27,885 nucleotides of DNA, from the NCBI GenBank assembly GCA_043820105.1, contig JBDREC010000029.1:62001-89885 (forward strand), given 5' to 3'. Positions within the stretch are counted from its first letter, which is position 1. Every line of letters starts with the position of its first letter. Under the pieces are notes generated by a model. It was not told where the DNA came from and made no database searches. It was given only the letters and a program-made list of their open reading frames with translations. The position numbers and the translations under genes were made by a program. Of this stretch, positions 9,594-17,834 are shown piece after piece. Source of the DNA: Pseudomonadota bacterium (lineage in GTDB: Bacteria; Bdellovibrionota_F; JAHFAK01; JBDREC01).

Positions 9594-9705
9594 AAGTGGT
9601 AAGTGGTAAGTGATAAGTGGTAAGTGGTAAGTGGTAAGTGGTGTAAAAAGTACCGTGTACAGAGAGAAAAGGTTCTTACGACTTACGACATACGACTTAC
9701 GACTT
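9594..9705. repeat. Inverted heptamer cassette (AAGTGGT)7 - spacer - (CTTACGA)4
   Basis: Units at 9594-9642 and 9675-9705. The arms are complementary at 6 of 7 positions. Fills the trxA-ALDH spacer. Confidence 0.92.
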
Positions 9706-10032
9706 TTAAAGGTTTTTATTTATCATCGAAATAATATTTTCCTTAGGAGCGGCTCCAACCAGCTGGTCTGTAACCTGTCCATCTTTAAAAAGCATAAGTG
9801 TGGGAATTCCCTTAATACCATATTTGCTTGGTGTAAGATTATTGTCATCTACATTTACTTTGCAAAATTTAACATTTCCACCCATTTCTTCTGCTATTTC
9901 ATCAATTGTAGGTGCTATAGCTTTACAAGGAGCACACCAAACAGCCCAAAAATCAACCAGAACAGGCTTATCAGAGTTTATAACCTCTTCATCAAATTGA
10001 TTATCATTTATTTCCTTAACGTAATCGGACAT
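9706..10032 (-). CDS. trxA: Thioredoxin
   Basis: VLVDFWAVWCAPCK, GIKGIPTLMLFKDG; GGAGG SD. Confidence 0.95.
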   Translation of the reverse strand: MSDYVKEINDNQFDEEVINSDKPVLVDFWAVWCAPCKAIAPTIDEIAEEMGGNVKFCKVNVDDNNLTPSKYGIKGIPTLMLFKDGQVTDQLVGAAPKENIISMINKNL

Positions 10033-10062
10033 AATTCCTCCAAAAAGTAATAAGTTGTTTTA

Positions 10063-10178
10063 CAGTGGTAAGTGGTAGGTGGTAAGTGGTAAGTGGTAAA
10101 TAAAATTAAATACATTTATTGAAATGTAAATAATTTTAAATTTTACAACTTACAACTTAAAACTTACGACTTAAAACT
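10063..10178. repeat. Inverted heptamer cassette (AAGTGGT)5 - palindromic spacer - (CTTAMRA)5
   Basis: Units at 10063-10097 and 10142-10178. The spacer is itself palindromic (TAAAATTA..TACATTT attg AAATGTA..TAATTTTA). Confidence 0.9.
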
Positions 10179-10228
10179 GACCTAAAAGGTACCAAAATCA
10201 AAATTTCAGATCAATAAAAAATGTAACT

Positions 10229-10729
10229 TTATTTGATTAAAATTTCAACGGACCGAATTTTTGAAATTTTCCATATCCCCTCGTTTTTATTGAATTCAAT
10301 AAACATTTCTTCAACATGACTAAAGGTATCTTGCCCTTTTGATTTTCCCTTTGCTTTAAGTGTTAAATCAATATGAGCTCTTGATTGATTTAAAATTTCC
10401 ATTTTCACATCCATAAATTTAACATTAAGCTTCTCAACTTTTGATCTTAAAGCCATGTAATAATTTTTTATGACTTTATTATCATAGTCACCATCTAAAT
10501 TTATTTCCCTTACAGACACCTTACATGGGTTGCTAAAAAGATTTGCAAATTGTCCTGAATTTTGTGCAAGCCCAATTATCGAATCATTAGAGTCCTTTGA
10601 CATTAGATTTGAAAGCTTAAAAAGTTGTTTGTTTATTCTCGTTTTTTCATTTGGAAAAATAACTTTATACGCTAAATAAGCAAATCCTATAAGTAAAATT
10701 CCAATAAAAATTCTTTTTAAAATTACCAT
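10229..10729 (-). CDS. Membrane-anchored hypothetical protein, possibly NTF2-like fold
   Basis: N-terminal TM helix; C-terminal beta pattern ending FNKNEGIWKISKI, typical of NTF2-like proteins. Overlaps the lepB stop. Confidence 0.65.
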   Translation of the reverse strand: MVILKRIFIGILLIGFAYLAYKVIFPNEKTRINKQLFKLSNLMSKDSNDSIIGLAQNSGQFANLFSNPCKVSVREINLDGDYDNKVIKNYYMALRSKVEKLNVKFMDVKMEILNQSRAHIDLTLKAKGKSKGQDTFSHVEEMFIEFNKNEGIWKISKIRSVEILIK

Positions 10730-11223
10730 GACACTGATCCTACAATCCTTGTTAAAGGCGTTTGCCCAAAAACATGTTGCTCAATAGGTGTTGATCTATT
10801 GTCACCAATTACATATATATTTCCTTCTTCCACTTTCCTTGCTTCTAGGTTCCAATTCAAATTATAAAAAAGATAAGGCTCCTTTAATCTTTTTCCATTA
10901 ATAAGTAAGTTGCCGTTTTTAAACTCAACTGTTTCACCTGAAAAGGCAACAATTCTCTTCATAAGCATTACTTTTTTTCCAGCATATTTTATTAATACAA
11001 CATCATATCTTTTGGGTTTTGAATAGATATACTTCACTTTATTACAAAAATTCCACTCTCCATTTTCATAAGTGGGTTCCATGCTAAAGCCATCAATATA
11101 TATGGGTGTAAATACATATCCAAAAAATAAATATGTAAACAGAACTAAAGCAAAGACTCTTAACAAAAAAAACAGTGTTATTTTTGGAAACAAAAATTGC
11201 TTTAGCCTTTTATTTTTAAACAT
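10723..11223 (-). CDS. lepB: Signal peptidase I (S26), short single-TM type
   Basis: GFSMEPT (Ser), MKRIVA (Lys), YVIGDNRS. ATG at 11223 with TAAGGTG SD. Confidence 0.9.
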   Translation of the reverse strand: MFKNKRLKQFLFPKITLFFLLRVFALVLFTYLFFGYVFTPIYIDGFSMEPTYENGEWNFCNKVKYIYSKPKRYDVVLIKYAGKKVMLMKRIVAFSGETVEFKNGNLLINGKRLKEPYLFYNLNWNLEARKVEEGNIYVIGDNRSTPIEQHVFGQTPLTRIVGSVSW

Positions 11224-11229
11224 CAATCA

Positions 11230-11306
11230 CCTTATTCCCTTATTCCCTTGTTCCCTTGTTCCCTTGTTCCCTTGTTCCCTTGTTCCCTTGTTCCCTTGTT
11301 CCCTTA
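11230..11306. repeat. Octamer tandem repeat (TTCCCTTR)9
   Basis: Nine units at 11235-11306, seven TTCCCTTG and two TTCCCTTA, directly upstream of the lepB SD. Confidence 0.95.
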
Positions 11307-11419
11307 TACATATTATTTTCATATTTATCAAAACAAAAATTAATTCTTGAAATTTTTCAAAAAATATAAGAATGATGTGTCGCATTGAATTTTATTGCTT
11401 ACACTAAAGAGGAGATTCT

Positions 11420-12877
11420 ATGGAAATTAATAATTCTAAAACAAAAGATGTTTTGCATTGGTTTAAAGAAATAAGCAAAATCCCAAGATGCTCAAAAAAT
11501 GAGGCTGCGATATCCAAATGGCTAGAAAACTGGGCTCAAACTCACAATCTAGAATCCAAATTTGATGATTTTGGAAATATCCTTATAAAAGTCCCAGCAA
11601 GCCCTGGCTGTGAAAATGCTCCAGCCATTGTTCTTCAGGGTCACATGGATATGGTTTGCGAAAAAAACAATGATTCAAATCATGATTTTACTAAAGACCC
11701 AATCGAATTTATTTTTGACGGTGAATGGCTTAAGGCAAACAAAACAAGCCTTGGCGCTGATAATGGAATTGCAATTGCGATGGCATTAACAGCTGCCCTT
11801 GATAAAGAAATAAAGCATCCAAAACTTGAATTGCTTTTTACCCTTGATGAAGAAACTGGCTTAAATGGTGCTACTAACCTTGGCACAGATTTGCTTGAAG
11901 GTAAAATTTTATTAAACATTGATTCTGATGAAGTGGGCATATTTACTATAGGTTGCGCTGGTGGAAAAGATACAGACATTAGTATTCCTTTAGAATTTGA
12001 AGATATAAATAAAGACAAAAAACCTTATTTAATAAAAGCTTTTGGCATGAAGGGTGGTCATTCCGGAACAGATATTATTTTGGATAGAGCAAATGCAATT
12101 GTGGTCCTTGCTCGCACATTAAATGACTTAAGAAAAAATTCTTGCTTTAACATATTAAGCATTAATGGAGGAACAGCTCATAATGCTATTCCTAGAGACG
12201 CTCAAGCTCTTATATTATTAAATCAGGATGATTATGCTAAAACACAGGAAAAACTTCATGCCTTTGAAGACATATTAAAAACAGAATATAAATTAATGGA
12301 TCCTGGTCTAAGTCTTTCAATTGAAGAAGCAACATTCAATGCAGGAGATACTAAAGCCTGTACTTGCTTGTCTTCAAAAAAACTTATCAACACTATTCTT
12401 GGCTTTCCACATGGGGTTGCTCATATGGATAAGGGAGCTGAAAATCTTGTTCAGACTTCAAGCAATTTGGCGATTGTAAAGATAGTAAATGATAATCTTG
12501 AAGTTCTTTCAAGCCAGAGAAGTTCTTTAACATCCAGACTTCTAGGTTTATCACATAAAATTGAATCAATCGCTGCTGTTGCTGGCGGTACCAGCACCAC
12601 TGGAAATGGCTATCCGCCATGGGAAGCAAACTGGGATTCAAATCTATTAACCGTTTGTAATTCTGTTTATAAAGAAATATTTAATAAAGATGCAGTAGTT
12701 GATGTAATTCACGCTGGTTTAGAATGTGGAATTATTGGAAACAAATACCCTGGCATGGAAATGGTTTCTTTTGGACCAACAATTAAAAACGCTCACTCTC
12801 CGGATGAGAAATTAAAGATTTCAGACATTGAGAAAGTCTATGACCTTGTTGTTGGAATAATGAAAGCCTATCTATAA
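11420..12877 (+). CDS. pepD: Aminoacyl-histidine dipeptidase (M20C)
   Basis: IPRCSKNE, LQGHMDMVCEK, LGADNGI, DEETGL, GGHSG, IHAGLECG, HSPDE; GAGGAG SD. Confidence 0.94.
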   Translation: MEINNSKTKDVLHWFKEISKIPRCSKNEAAISKWLENWAQTHNLESKFDDFGNILIKVPASPGCENAPAIVLQGHMDMVCEKNNDSNHDFTKDPIEFIFDGEWLKANKTSLGADNGIAIAMALTAALDKEIKHPKLELLFTLDEETGLNGATNLGTDLLEGKILLNIDSDEVGIFTIGCAGGKDTDISIPLEFEDINKDKKPYLIKAFGMKGGHSGTDIILDRANAIVVLARTLNDLRKNSCFNILSINGGTAHNAIPRDAQALILLNQDDYAKTQEKLHAFEDILKTEYKLMDPGLSLSIEEATFNAGDTKACTCLSSKKLINTILGFPHGVAHMDKGAENLVQTSSNLAIVKIVNDNLEVLSSQRSSLTSRLLGLSHKIESIAAVAGGTSTTGNGYPPWEANWDSNLLTVCNSVYKEIFNKDAVVDVIHAGLECGIIGNKYPGMEMVSFGPTIKNAHSPDEKLKISDIEKVYDLVVGIMKAYL

Positions 12878-12897
12878 ATTCAAAGCCCTTTGTTTCC

Positions 12898-12925
12898 TTG
12901 ACTTTTACCATATTAATTTTATATT
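12898..12925 (+). promoter_or_regulatory. Putative sigma70 promoter for khpA
   Basis: TTGACT-16 nt-TATATT upstream of an AAGGGA SD and ATG 12961. Confidence 0.3.
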
Positions 12926-12960
12926 TAATTACCCATAATTATCTTTAGCAAGGGAAAAAT

Positions 12961-13191
12961 ATGGAAAATCTTCTTCGAAAAATAGTGGAAAAGATTGTCG
13001 TTGATCCAGATCAAATCGAAATAGAAGCTATCCATGGTGAACAAGCCTATATTCTTAAATTAAAAGTTGCAAAAGAAGATACTGGCAGAATTATTGGAAA
13101 AAGCGGTAGAAATGCCGAAGCAATCAGAACTATACTCCAGGCAGTGGGAGCAAAAAAAGGTCATAAAGTAATAGTTGAAATCCTTGATTAA
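12961..13191 (+). CDS. khpA: KH-domain RNA-binding protein (KhpA/UPF0109)
   Basis: 76 aa; LKVAKEDTGRIIGKSGRNAEAIRTIL with GxxG loop. Confidence 0.9.
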   Translation: MENLLRKIVEKIVVDPDQIEIEAIHGEQAYILKLKVAKEDTGRIIGKSGRNAEAIRTILQAVGAKKGHKVIVEILD

Positions 13192-14222
13192 TTTTCTTTT
13201 GGATTAAATCTTTTCCTTAAGCCTTCACCAAGCAAGTTATACCCATAAACTATAATAAATATTGCAAACCCTGGACTTAATACCCATGGAAAGTCTGTTA
13301 TGTTCCTGATATTTTGTGCTTCTTTTAGCATTGTCCCAAGACTTGCTACAGGCTCAGCTATGCCAATACCAAGAAAGGATAAAGTAATTTCACCAATAAT
13401 ATAAAATGGAATTATCAGAACAGAGTTTACAATAATAAACCCCAGCAAATTCGGTAAAATGTGTTTAATAATAATTTTGCTATCTTTAAGACCAATTACT
13501 TTTGCAGCAATAATATATTCAGAAGTCTTTAAAGACTTAACCATATTTCGAATAACCCGCGAAAATCCTGCCCATGAAATAAAGGATAAAAGAATTATTA
13601 AAATAAGATAAATATAGGTTGATGATAAGTGAATTGGAAAAAGATTCCTCAAACTTAAAAGCAAGTAAAAAGCAGGAATTGACATTAGCACTTCAATTAA
13701 ACGCATGATTAGAAAATCTAATTTTTTACCATAATAACCAGAGATCATGCCTATAATCAAACTTAATATAACGGTTATTAAAGTTCCAATTAAACTTATT
13801 AAAATTGAAATTTGAATTCCATATAATAGTCTTGAAAAAATATCTCTGCCAAAACCATCAGATCCAAGCAAAAATAATCGCACGCTTTTATGCACAAGAA
13901 AAAGATGTCTTTTACATTTGAAAAGCCCCAAAAGTGTGTATTCGTCGCCTGAGGCAAAAAAAGCAATTGGATAAATTTTATTTTTATCTTCTAAATATTC
14001 AAACCTTCCTGTTTCTGTTGTAAGCCTTTTGCTCGCGTAAACAAAGGGTTTGCGAAGTTTATTGTTATAATCGAAAATATGAATTTTTAAAAACATTGGG
14101 CCATGAAAGCTTTGATCTCTAAATTGATTATTAAAATGATAGGGCGCTAAAAAGCCAGAGAATATACAAATTATGTACAAGGGAATTAGGATAACAAGTG
14201 CCTTTGCGATGATCCTGTTCAT
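13188..14222 (-). CDS. Peptide/nickel ABC transporter permease, OppC/DppC type
   Basis: LLGSDGFGRDIFSRLLYG, EAA loop EYIIAAKVIG, KHILPN, LSFLGIG, NLLGEGLR. Confidence 0.92.
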   Translation of the reverse strand: MNRIIAKALVILIPLYIICIFSGFLAPYHFNNQFRDQSFHGPMFLKIHIFDYNNKLRKPFVYASKRLTTETGRFEYLEDKNKIYPIAFFASGDEYTLLGLFKCKRHLFLVHKSVRLFLLGSDGFGRDIFSRLLYGIQISILISLIGTLITVILSLIIGMISGYYGKKLDFLIMRLIEVLMSIPAFYLLLSLRNLFPIHLSSTYIYLILIILLSFISWAGFSRVIRNMVKSLKTSEYIIAAKVIGLKDSKIIIKHILPNLLGFIIVNSVLIIPFYIIGEITLSFLGIGIAEPVASLGTMLKEAQNIRNITDFPWVLSPGFAIFIIVYGYNLLGEGLRKRFNPKEN

Positions 14223-15193
14223 AGCACCTCGCTTGCTTTTACTTTAGGATCATTAAGCACTAGAAGTAAGTCCGCTAATAAATTTCCCAAAATTAAAACT
14301 ATAGCAGAAAACAAAACAACTCCTGTTAAAAGAGGTGTATCCTGATTCAAAAGGGCATCCAACCCAAGACGAGCCATACCAGGCCAGGCCAAAACGATTT
14401 CAACAATTAATGAGCCATTAATTATGCTCACCAAAGAATAAGAAAAAAGCACAATCATTGGATTTAAAGCAGCCCTTAAAGCATGGTTTGTAATTATGGC
14501 TTTTTCTGTTAAGCCTTTTGATTTTGCAGTTAAAATATAATTATTATCTAGTACATCTATCATTGATGCTCGCATCTGCCTTATATATAAAGCAGCTGTT
14601 GAAAAAGTAAGAACAAACACTGGCAAGAAAAGATGATTAGCTCGATCCATAATCTTGCTTATAAAAGAAAGATCTTCATAATTATAACTCTTCATTCCCC
14701 CAACTGGAAACCATCCTGTTTTTATGGCAATAAAAAGAACAATTAGGGCTAAGAAAATTTTTGGCATTGATATTCCAAAATTTGATATCATTGATATTGC
14801 TTTATCAAACCATGAATCCTGCTTAAACGCGCAAATCGACCCAAACAAAATTATTATCACCCATGAAATAAAGAGCGAAATTATGGCAAGACTTAAAGTG
14901 TTTGATACTCTATCAAAGATAAGAGAAGATACTGAGGCTTTATTTGAAAAAGAATAGCCAAAATTACCAAGCACCGCATTCTTTAACCAAAGCAAATATC
15001 GTATAACAAATGGCTTATTAAGCCCAAAATCATTTTCATATGTTTCAATTAACTCCGTTGAAATGGCAGGATTTTGCTTTAAACTGCTTAAGTAGTTTCC
15101 TGGTGACAATTCTTCAAAAAAGAAAGTTAGAAAAGATACAATAATTATTACTGGAATTGTAGCTAAAAATCTTTTTATTAAACTAATAAGCAT
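14219..15193 (-). CDS. Peptide/nickel ABC transporter permease, OppB/DppB type
   Basis: FGLNKP, GNFGYS, YILTAKSKGL, HALRAA, IVEIVLAWPGMARL, GNLLADL, DPKV. Confidence 0.92.
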   Translation of the reverse strand: MLISLIKRFLATIPVIIIVSFLTFFFEELSPGNYLSSLKQNPAISTELIETYENDFGLNKPFVIRYLLWLKNAVLGNFGYSFSNKASVSSLIFDRVSNTLSLAIISLFISWVIIILFGSICAFKQDSWFDKAISMISNFGISMPKIFLALIVLFIAIKTGWFPVGGMKSYNYEDLSFISKIMDRANHLFLPVFVLTFSTAALYIRQMRASMIDVLDNNYILTAKSKGLTEKAIITNHALRAALNPMIVLFSYSLVSIINGSLIVEIVLAWPGMARLGLDALLNQDTPLLTGVVLFSAIVLILGNLLADLLLVLNDPKVKASEVL

Positions 15194-15343
15194 AAAATAA
15201 TTTTGATAAATAATTTAGACAAAGTCAAAGATCAAATTTAATAAATTTGACAAAATCCTTTAAATAAACAAAAAGAACGTAGTTAGGCTAAAAAATAGTT
15301 TATTAACATAAAGTAAAGTAAAGTAACAAGATCAACATTAATA

Positions 15344-16180
15344 ATGAACAAAAAGTTTTACTATTATAAAATTTTCAATTTAGATATAAAGTCACAAACT
15401 CCCATCAAGGCTTTGGATGAAGTAAAGCAACCATCCTCTATGCCAGATATTTTGATTACAATTGGAAAAACTCCTAATACTTTGCTCAAACCATTAAGAA
15501 ACAAAAATCTCTACTATCAAATGGCTGAAAATGAATTCTTGTTTTTTAATGAAAGTCTTGGATTAAAATTTTACGCAAAAAATGGAACAGAAATTATTAT
15601 AGACAAAGATTGTATGGGTGATACAGACAATGTGTCTCTTTTCTTGCTTGGCAGTGTAATGGGAGCCACCCTTTATATGCGCAATTATCTTCCATTGCAT
15701 GCTTCAACCATCTTAAGCTCAAGAGGGGCTGTTATGTTTACGGGCATTTCAGGAGTCGGAAAATCTACCATAGCTTATGCATTATATAAAAGAGGATATA
15801 AAGTAATAAGTGATGACATTGCTCCTTTAAAACTAGAAAATAATAAGCTTTTTCTTTACTCCTCATATCCAAAGATGAAACTTTGGGAAAATGCACTTGA
15901 TCTAAATAAAGTCTCTGGAAATTTTCCTCAAATCAAAGTTTCCTTTAACAAATATTATGTTTCTTATGATCCGCTTGATCAAAATCAAGCTCTTCCAATT
16001 TACAAAATATATAATCTTGAAATACATAATGACCATGCTGTTTCAACTCTCGATAAAACTATAGAAAAAGACAGATTTAAAATTATTTATGCAAACTCTT
16101 ATAGAAATAATTATATAAATGGTCTTAACAAGCAGAGCACTTTTTTTGAAATTGCTACAAAACTAGCAAGATATCCCTGA
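15344..16180 (+). CDS. HPr kinase-related kinase of the lasso-peptide (PadeK-like) type, possibly C-terminally truncated
   Basis: YKIFNLDIKS N-terminus, FLLGSVMG, PLHAS, Walker A GISGVGKST, ISDD, YPKMKLW. Confidence 0.82.
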   Translation: MNKKFYYYKIFNLDIKSQTPIKALDEVKQPSSMPDILITIGKTPNTLLKPLRNKNLYYQMAENEFLFFNESLGLKFYAKNGTEIIIDKDCMGDTDNVSLFLLGSVMGATLYMRNYLPLHASTILSSRGAVMFTGISGVGKSTIAYALYKRGYKVISDDIAPLKLENNKLFLYSSYPKMKLWENALDLNKVSGNFPQIKVSFNKYYVSYDPLDQNQALPIYKIYNLEIHNDHAVSTLDKTIEKDRFKIIYANSYRNNYINGLNKQSTFFEIATKLARYP

Positions 16181-16181
16181 T

Positions 16182-17834
16182 TTGCCTTTAATATTAAATC
16201 TTATTAGAAATTTTTATGATAATAAAAATCTTTTATCTGGCTTTGAGAACTACTTTCATGAATATTTAGAAGACAGGCCATTAAATTACTTTCAACTGCT
16301 CAACTCCGTTAAAAAAATTGAAAAAATGGTGGAGAACTTGTCTTCATCTTTTCTCAAAGCCAATATGATTGGTTTTACCTGCTATCAAACAAACCTTTTT
16401 GCTTCTTTTTTATGCGCTTTATATTTAAGACAAAAAGGCTACAATAAACCAATTATTTTTGGAGGTCCTCAGGCTAGCCAGAGCAAAAACACTCAAAAAC
16501 TTTTATTAAAAACAAAAGCTGCTGATGTTATTGTTATTGGTGAAGGCGAAATAGCTTGGCCTGAGATAATTAAAACGTATAAAAAAGAAAAAAAGTTTAC
16601 TATTCCCAATACAATATACTTTGACCATGAAGCTGAAATGTTCATTGAAAACCCTAAAATTCCTGCGATTCTTAATAATTTACCTGATCCTGATTTTTCT
16701 TGTCTTGAGCTATCAAAATATCCTTATAAAGAAAGCACTTTACCCTTATACGCTTCTCGAGGATGCCCTCATTCCTGTGCTTTTTGTAATGAAACAACCA
16801 TGTGGCGACCATATCGTCAACTTAGCCCTGAACAGGTTATAAAAAGAATGATAAGCCTAAACAAAAAACATGGAGCCTTTAGGTTTTATTTTACAGACAG
16901 CCTATTAAACGGCTCCATTAAATGGTTAAATGAATTTTGCGATTTGCTTATAAATAAATCCCTGGATTTTCAGTGGTATGGTTATTTTAGCACTAACCTG
17001 AATTTTGAATTAGCAAGCAAGCTGCAAAAAGCAGGACTTGTCAGGGCCTTTATTGGCATGGAATCTGTAAGTTCTAAATTACTAAAGAATATGCAAAAGA
17101 AAAAAACCTCAAGCCAAAATATAAGCGCAATTAAAGAAATGCTAAAAGCGAAAATACCACTGGAAATAAGTCACCTGATTGGATTTCCAGGAGAATCTGA
17201 AAAAGATTTTAAAATTAATTATAAATATCTTTTGAATCTTAAAAAAGATTATCCAAACCAGTTTTGTTTAAATTTTGAGCCTTTTCAATTGGTCCCTGGA
17301 AGCAAAGTCTTTGAATCTCCTGATAACTATGGCATTTTAGTAAAAGGTTGGAGTGCAAAAATAATCAATATTGTTCCTGAGCTTTCTGAAATTGTTCAAA
17401 ACATTCCAATGAAAATCATCGCATCTCCTTCTGTTGATACCATAAGAAAAAGACAAATGTTTTTAAAAACTTTTTTTGAAAACAAAAAATCAGAAAAAAA
17501 CATCTTTTTATCAAAAACCATGGTGCCCCTCTTAATAAAAAACCATAAACAACTAGAAGGAAAAAATCGTTTAAAGTTAGTCGATATAGGTCAAAAATAT
17601 TTCCATTTTAAAGATAAGGATGATTTATTAATTCAGATTCCTCCAAATAAAGTTATTAAAATAACTACCCGTGAAAAATGGATGATTGATAGATTAGCTG
17701 GAAAAACATCTATTGATGAAATGATTTTGGATTATTCTGCAAGATGGAAAGAAAAAGAAAATATTAGTAGAAATTTATTGTCTTCTTTATTAGACAAGTT
17801 ATTAAAAAATGGAATATGGTATAAAATTACATGA
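16182..17834 (+). CDS. Cobalamin-binding radical SAM enzyme with C-terminal PqqD/RRE-like domain; start uncertain
   Basis: B12-domain motifs IGFTCY, IIFGGPQ, VIGEGE; LPDPDF; SRGCPHSCAFC (CxxxCxxC at 16764-16787); FTDS, IGMES, IGFPGESE. The last ~85 aa show a winged-helix RRE pattern. Confidence 0.88.
   Translation: MPLILNLIRNFYDNKNLLSGFENYFHEYLEDRPLNYFQLLNSVKKIEKMVENLSSSFLKANMIGFTCYQTNLFASFLCALYLRQKGYNKPIIFGGPQASQSKNTQKLLLKTKAADVIVIGEGEIAWPEIIKTYKKEKKFTIPNTIYFDHEAEMFIENPKIPAILNNLPDPDFSCLELSKYPYKESTLPLYASRGCPHSCAFCNETTMWRPYRQLSPEQVIKRMISLNKKHGAFRFYFTDSLLNGSIKWLNEFCDLLINKSLDFQWYGYFSTNLNFELASKLQKAGLVRAFIGMESVSSKLLKNMQKKKTSSQNISAIKEMLKAKIPLEISHLIGFPGESEKDFKINYKYLLNLKKDYPNQFCLNFEPFQLVPGSKVFESPDNYGILVKGWSAKIINIVPELSEIVQNIPMKIIASPSVDTIRKRQMFLKTFFENKKSEKNIFLSKTMVPLLIKNHKQLEGKNRLKLVDIGQKYFHFKDKDDLLIQIPPNKVIKITTREKWMIDRLAGKTSIDEMILDYSARWKEKENISRNLLSSLLDKLLKNGIWYKIT

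Noticed and set aside
9631-10050. 139-aa + strand ORF
   Set aside because: Antisense to trxA and begins inside the heptamer array (LRLTTYDLRL is repeat translation).
9594-10178. Possible CRISPR array
   Set aside because: Units are 7 nt with no unique 30-40 nt spacers between identical 25-40 nt repeats; no cas genes.
11072-11350. 92-aa ORF with VPLFPCSL repeats, superficially a repetitive RiPP precursor
   Set aside because: The periodicity is just the 8-nt DNA repeat read through; antisense to lepB, no SD.
15309-15326. (AAAGT)3 upstream of the kinase
   Set aside because: Too short and A-rich to distinguish from chance.
16621-16842. 73-aa alternative-frame ORF inside the rSAM as a hidden precursor
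   Set aside because: Fully nested, TTG start, hydrophobic low-information sequence, no lasso leader features.
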